The position numbers were made by a program, and so were the translations under genes. From Strigamia acuminata (Eukaryota), in contig OX442314.1 in the NCBI GenBank assembly GCA_949358305.1, positions 6,696,001 through 6,760,000 on the forward strand: a DNA stretch of 64,000 nt. Reading direction: 5' to 3'. The notes beneath the pieces are model-generated. The model searched no databases. It saw nothing but the letters and a program-made list of their open reading frames with translations, and had not been told where the DNA came from. Shown here one piece after another: positions 58,379 through 64,000 of this stretch (positions are counted from its first letter, which is position 1; the number at the start of each line of letters is the position of its first letter).

Positions 58379-61327
58379 TTATTTTTGTTCCGCCCGCGAA
58401 TTCCAGTTTTTTGTCATTTCACCAAACTTAGCAGTAAGTTCTTTCATCATCTTTTCTTGCTCTTTGGCGAGCAGCTTTACTATCTCCTCCCGTTCCGCGA
58501 TCTTGTCGTCAGCCTTCTTTTTGGCCCACTTCGGGCAGTTTTGGCGCCAGTGTCCGTCCTCCTCACAGAAGTTGCAGGGGCTTCTTTTCTTCCCTAGCGT
58601 AAATGGCCTTTTGGGATTCTCTTTCTTCTCGGAGGCCGCTTCTGCTTTTGGGTTATGATGCTCTGATTTTTTCTGGGTCTTCATTTGCGGACGATAGCTG
58701 GGCGCCAGCTCTTTCCCCATATTCGCGTGGACAACGTCGTTGATTTGTTCATCGACTTCGTCACTGTCCGAGTATTGCTCAGATTGCTCACATTCTTCAT
58801 CCTCGGACTTCTCTTCTGCGGTGTTAGTCTGCGTATGATAGGCCTTATTTGGCGGTGGTATCGGGTTAGAAGTTTGTTGATTCTTTTTCGTCGGGAGAGG
58901 CTCGATGCTTCTGTTCAGGTAGCTCTGGGACTGGAGCAGCTTAGAGGAGTCTATGCTTCGCTCTTGGATTCTTTGCTGTCTGGCTACCCCCAGAGCTCGT
59001 TCTTCCTTCGTCAGAGCTTCGTTATACCGAGCGTTTGCTTCGGTGTGTTTCTTCTCAACAAATGCAAAAATGGCGGTAAAGTTGTCTCCTCTAGGGGCGT
59101 TCATGTCCCGTAAGACTTTTGTCGCGGTTGGGTTCAGGCCCTGCTCTAAGAGAGCTTTTTGCGCGTGTTGATTAAATGGCTTGTCCATTTCTCGAAACAT
59201 GCTATCTGCTCGCTGTACATATTCTCTCAGCGTTTCTCCGGGAGCTTGCTGCATGGAGCTTACTCTTTTCTGGATTTCTTGGCTCGTCTCGCCATATTGG
59301 TTGTGAAACTTGATGACAAAGTCTTCCCAATTTTGGGGCTGGACCTTGTTGTACCAGATTCTGGCTCGGTGTATGAGCATTTCCGGTACTCTCCGCGCGA
59401 CCATTTCGTCGGGTTCCGCTCCTAGTCGGTTTATCGTCAAAGCGACTTCGTCGAGAAAGAAGTTTCCGGCATTCCATGATCCGTCAAACTTGGTTAGTCG
59501 TAAAGTCGTCCATTTGATGTTGTTGTCCTTACGGGCGTACAACCATCGGTCCGCAGAGTAACGTTTCAGTAATCCCTCGCTCCGGTCGTCTTCCTCACTG
59601 CTTTGGCTATGGTTTTGTTGGAATTTCTGGTCCACTGCCTGGAGGAGTTCGTCTTTCATCGCCTGTAGCTTGTCGCTTAGCGAGTCAGTCTCACTAAGCG
59701 GTGGCGACGATCGAGTATTGTTGGAGGGAAGACTTGGGAAATGGTTGCCCTGTCTTGTAGCTCCGAGTTGGTTCGGCTGGAATAGCGTCTGTCCTCGTAA
59801 CCCTACGGGATTCGGATTATTCGTAAGATCTTGTGCTACTGTTGAGCTTTCGGGGGTCGTTTTTACGGGAGCCGTAGTTTGACCCAGTTGAGTTCCGGGT
59901 GGTATCAGGTCGTCCAATCGAGTCTCCGTGGGCTTTCCGTCTACTTTTTTGATGAAAACAAAGGCGTCTCTTCCAGCATAGGCTTCGGCGGCGTGCTTCT
60001 TTTTGAGGTGATTCTTAACTGCGTTGATCTCCTCGAGCGTTGGCATGGCCAATTTATTACGACCCGCTTCATTTCGTATTTGGTTCTTTTGATTTATGCA
60101 CCGAATTAGTTCGGAATTAGGGTCGCTCGGATGCGTGTTACTGGTTAGGCCAGTTTTCATCGCGAAGGTATTTTTTAACGCCCATGACTCGGCGCCCTGA
60201 TTATTTCGACTATCTTGCACAAATGCTTCGTACAGCTCTCCTTGAACCTCGTCCGATTCGTTTACTATGCTGTCTAGTGCGGTAACTCGAATACTGCCGT
60301 GGGAGGCTAGTGAGTCGATGCTTTCGCTGTCCGAGGCTGCTTCTTCGTTGGTCTCGGTCTGCTGTCGATCCGCTCCGACTCGACGTCGTTTTTCTCCGCG
60401 TCTCGTCGAAATTTCTGCTGCTCTCTTCTCGGTCCTTTGATTTACCAGGTCGATTACCCTTTCTAGTTCTTCATACGGGTCTTTGTCCTGATCGATCTCG
60501 ATCCCGTGCGCGCAGGCCTCTCAAGTCACTTCTATTGCTTTAGCGACCAATTCCTTAGCTGAGTCGGATCGCTCTGGGGAGTCTTGCCTAGAGTCTGTCT
60601 CTGAGCGTCGACTCGACCCATTATTCGGTGGCGGGACTTTGTAGTCTTTCGCCATCTCTCGCTCGATGATTTTCTGCTTTGCCAGCAGTTCGCGGGTCAG
60701 CTCGCGCTCTAGCGCTATTTGCTTTTCTTGGCTTTTGCGGGCGGCAGCCATTTGTTTGGCTTGGCGTTGGCGGGCCAAATTTTGCTCTACCGCGGCCAGC
60801 TTCTCGCGGTGTTCCCTGGCTAATTCTTCCATCAATTCGTTTTTCTTGGCTTCCAATGCGACAGCTCTGGCTTGCTCGGCTCGAGCGGCCTCGTTAACAA
60901 TTGCGGCGCCAGTATTTGCTGCTTTCGTTAAAAGCGTCATCAGGTCCAATTCGCTGGCGTCCTTCCCGACTCCCCTTGGACTTTTCAATCCGAATTGTGG
61001 ATTCTCAAACGATTTATTTAGTCTGTTCGTTTCGTGAGAGCTACTTGTTCCAAACTCGCCTCCCGTAAATAGGAGTTGCCTAGCGAGGGGAAGGTATTCA
61101 CTCGTGGGCTCCGTTAGAATTTCGGTCGAGCTAGTCTCGATTCCTTGTTCTATACGGTTCGCTTCTTCCGCTTCTCGACGCTCGATTTCTTCGGCCTTTC
61201 GACGGTCGATCCCTTCGGCTTTCTGGCGCTCGACTTCTTCGGCTTTTTGACGCTCGATTTCTTCGGCTTCTTTTTTCTCCTTTTCGTCGTTGCGCTTCTT
61301 TCGGTCTTCAGCGGTGGTTTTCGTTAT
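58379..61327 (-). pseudogene. G2 gag, inactivated
   Basis: Start ATG changed to ATA at 61327 and CGA to TGA at 60521. Confidence 0.93.
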
Positions 61328-61419
61328 TTCTTACGATATAATGATCGATCGAAAGATCCCGGTTATTATTTAAAGTATTGTCTTAAGGTTAGCAAATCTA
61401 TCCCGGACAGACCCCCACG

Positions 61420-62048
61420 TGTCGTGATTCGACTTTGTGGTTAAAGATAATAAATAATAGTACTCGGGAATATGATATATGTTGCAATACTGCTTTATTA
61501 ACGCGCTTACTAATACAGTAATGGTTTAGATGATTCCAGTGATGGTCCTCGGATTCTTCTGCGAATACGAGTCGCCGCTAAACAATGGCGGATCCTATTG
61601 TTTAGTCCTACGCGTGGTCTGTGTTGTTGTCTAGGGTTATTTCCACGTGTTATAATGAACACGCGAGAATTCGCTTTCTCGTGCGAATTAAACGAATATC
61701 GCTTGGATATTTATTCTAGCGTAGTTTGGCTACGCTAAATAAATGTGGCTGTTGTACAGTTGAATGGTCAGCGGGCACCGGTCCTCGATCAATCCGTGAA
61801 ACGGCCTGAAAGGTGAGGTAAATGGTGCTCTTGCTGAAATGTGGTAACTGTAGTGTCGTTTCCGGTCAAGCTTCGATCTTATATATCAACCGGAAATGAC
61901 GTCATATGCAAATCGTCGTGATTATGCAGGTTCGCAGAAACTAAGGACTAGTCAGTCTAGTCACCGTTTCTGGCGCACTCTAGTGTCAAGAATCAATAAT
62001 AATATAATTACCCCTAATTATATCTTCAGGTGATGCCGAATCACCACA
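61420..62048 (-). repeat. G2 5' LTR
   Basis: Adjacent to the same tRNA-Pro-like PBS. Confidence 0.97.
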
Positions 62049-62079
62049 AGGATAGTGATAAATAGACTGCATTACGGAA

Positions 62080-62262
62080 CAGTCAGAACTCTTTATAACG
62101 AATCGCAAGGAACCAAAAAATCGATTCGTTATAACAAGAATTTGTTATATCGAATTTTTTTAACATGGTGTTCTATGGCCAGCCAACCAAACCAGCCATT
62201 TTTAGGTATTCGTTGTATCGATAATTTCTTATATCGCAATTTGTTATAAAGAGTTTCAACTG
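62080..62262. mobile_element. Short relative of the pogo/Tigger MITE
   Basis: CAGTCAGAACTCTTTATAACG ... TTATAAAGAGTTTCAACTG. Confidence 0.75.
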
Positions 62263-62307
62263 TAGTAACATCCGCGATGGTACAAGTCAAACAAACACAC
62301 GGTACTA

Positions 62308-62658
62308 CTGTATATCTTCCAATAACGCTCCGTGCGCTATTTGCAAATATATTTTTTACCCCGCGCGCAATTGGAGGCCCGCGCAGTATTAGAGGCCGCG
62401 GACTATTTAAACCCAGGTTTTTATTAACGTATCTGCAACGAAAAAGACCAAAAAAGTGTGACAAATGAAACGTTTTGCATACGTTTCGGTAATTACGTTT
62501 CATTTTCTGTCGAAACGTATGCAAAACGTTTCATTTGTCATCTTTTTTTGGCATATTTAAAAAATTTTGAGCCTCCAATTGTGCACCCACGCGCAATTCG
62601 AGGCCAGCGCTTTATTGACACCGATAATATTTCCCCGCGCGCAATTGGAGGTCCGCGG
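62308..62658. mobile_element. Degenerate TA-TSD MITE
   Basis: Repeated CGCGCAATTGGAGG.CCGCG motifs ending in CGGTA. Confidence 0.45.
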
Positions 62659-62689
62659 TAACCGGCGTCACTAACACACACCGCCCTAC

Positions 62690-63200
62690 AGCCCCAAAGT
62701 TGTCCCCTTTGTGGGTGGACCAAACTAGTATGGGGGAGGAGGGAGCTGAGTGGTGTGATGAGAGAGAGATGTGAGAGAGGCAGAGAGAGGAGCCGCGACC
62801 ACCGAAGAGACGAGACGTGTCCAAGGCCTGACATGAGCAAGAGCAATCCTGCCCTGTGCTGACTCTGCTCTCCTCACCATTTACCACAGAGACGCTCAGT
62901 GGTATGGCGTGCAGCCTCCTTGGGTGGCTGCGTGGGTCGTACTAGGTAAGTACGACATGAATGTTGTGTTTAACCGACCTCGTCACCCATGGGGCTCACG
63001 CCCTGTGTGTGACGGGTCGGTTGCCGGTGCGGTGTGCCTACTTGGCTCCCCTGCAACGGGTGACGGGACTATCCAACCCCTAGACAACGATATTAAAGCT
63101 AAACAACCAGCAATATGGAGTCTCTTGTCATTATTACATGAGTATGAATCCCAAACCAGAATAACTAGACCCCAGGTAACCTTGGCCAAGACCACACCAG
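62690..63200 (+). repeat. Second copy of the repeat at ~8870-9350
   Basis: Colinear conserved blocks. Confidence 0.7.
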
Positions 63201-63360
63201 TCACAAGATATGAACTCTGGTTTTCATCAGAACACTGCTTTTTGTTTGTTTCTCTGATCTAAGCTTAATTGCAGGAAGGCGAACCTGTGGTTAATCGTCC
63301 TCGGTCATATTATCCCCAAAGGGTAGAAAAGTCACAACTGAAAGAAATTTATTTTGTAAA

Positions 63361-63500
63361 TTAACTTTCTTTATTTGTGTATAAGGACAACAATGACATT
63401 CCCAAACGTAATCCTATAATACTACCCACATCTCTTATCAATTGCGATACTGGATATGCCTGTTTCTCTTCTATAATCTGTGTTAAACAATTATATCGTG
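63361..63500 (-). pseudogene. DEG/ENaC terminal-exon paralog, probably degenerate
   Basis: IIEEKQAYPVSQLIRDVGSIIGLRLGMSLLSLYTNKES* closely matches the 4056-4452 exon, but has S-to-R and G-to-R changes in or next to TM2 and an early stop. Confidence 0.75.
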
Positions 63501-64000
63501 AATCAAAAACAATGCAAATAGAAACAATTTTGCAAAAGTGTTTATTACAAACTACATTGTAATACGTCTCAGATGTGCTTATAGTTGACAGGACATTGTT
63601 GCAGACATGGCTGAAAAATTTGTAGTGAGTTGGTCATGGTTTGAATTGTTTTTATCCAAAGTTTGGAAATTTGTATTCTGTTATAACTAGAATAAACCAA
63701 GGTTTTTCAATGTGCTGTCATCTATATGCCAACAGCACACTTTTGGACATTTGAGTTTTTTTCTTCAGGTTAATTTAGATGTAAGGAATTAATTAGAACA
63801 AAATTTTTCCAAATGGATATATGGTCTCAAGGACTGTGCGAAGGTGGGTTGAACAGCTGCATAGCTGCACAACAGGATATTCTTTCAGATGTGCACCGTG
63901 CAGCAAGGGCTCAATTCGCTGAAGTGCTTCGTTCCTGCTACATCTTTTTCTGTTGGTTGGTTTTCTTGTTGGTTCTCTCCGGAACTGCGTGCACTTTTAA

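Larger units (their letters stand above)
33762..62048 (-). mobile_element. Ty3/Gypsy G2, defective copy of the G1 family, host of nested Copia B, C and D
   Basis: 629-bp LTRs at 33762-34390 and 61420-62048; gag and pol nearly identical to G1. Flanks ACAT and AGGA do not match. Confidence 0.95.

Overview
Animal (probably arthropod) genomic DNA, mostly nested transposable elements, with scattered minus-strand DEG/ENaC (pickpocket-like) exons. It holds four distinct Ty1/Copia elements (A: 1-2995, cut by the window edge; B: 35577-47126; C: 37638-44703; D: 47768-54008) and two tail-to-tail copies of one Ty3/Gypsy family (G1: 19910-31740, full-length; G2: 33762-62048, defective and hosting Copia B, C and D). 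It also holds many MITEs (Tc1/pogo-type with TA TSDs, piggyBac-type with TTAA TSDs), solo-LTR-like repeats and minisatellites. Main observations: (1) the Gypsy family carries a non-env third gene with a sense-strand GT-AG intron, encoding ~938 aa under apparent purifying selection, with NLS-like, Arg-rich and RFG motifs (hypothesis: Rev-like RNA-export factor). (2) One exon joins TM2 of a DEG/ENaC unit in frame to TM1 of a second unit, suggesting a natural concatemeric channel. (3) Copia C preserves an aberrant reverse-transcription product: 29 nt copied from tRNAiMet with a mismatch at the m1A58 position, followed by an inverted copy of the 5' part of the element. (4) Copia C and D carry a methyl-CpG-binding-like domain after integrase and sit inside other TEs. 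All comparisons were made by eye and no searches were run.
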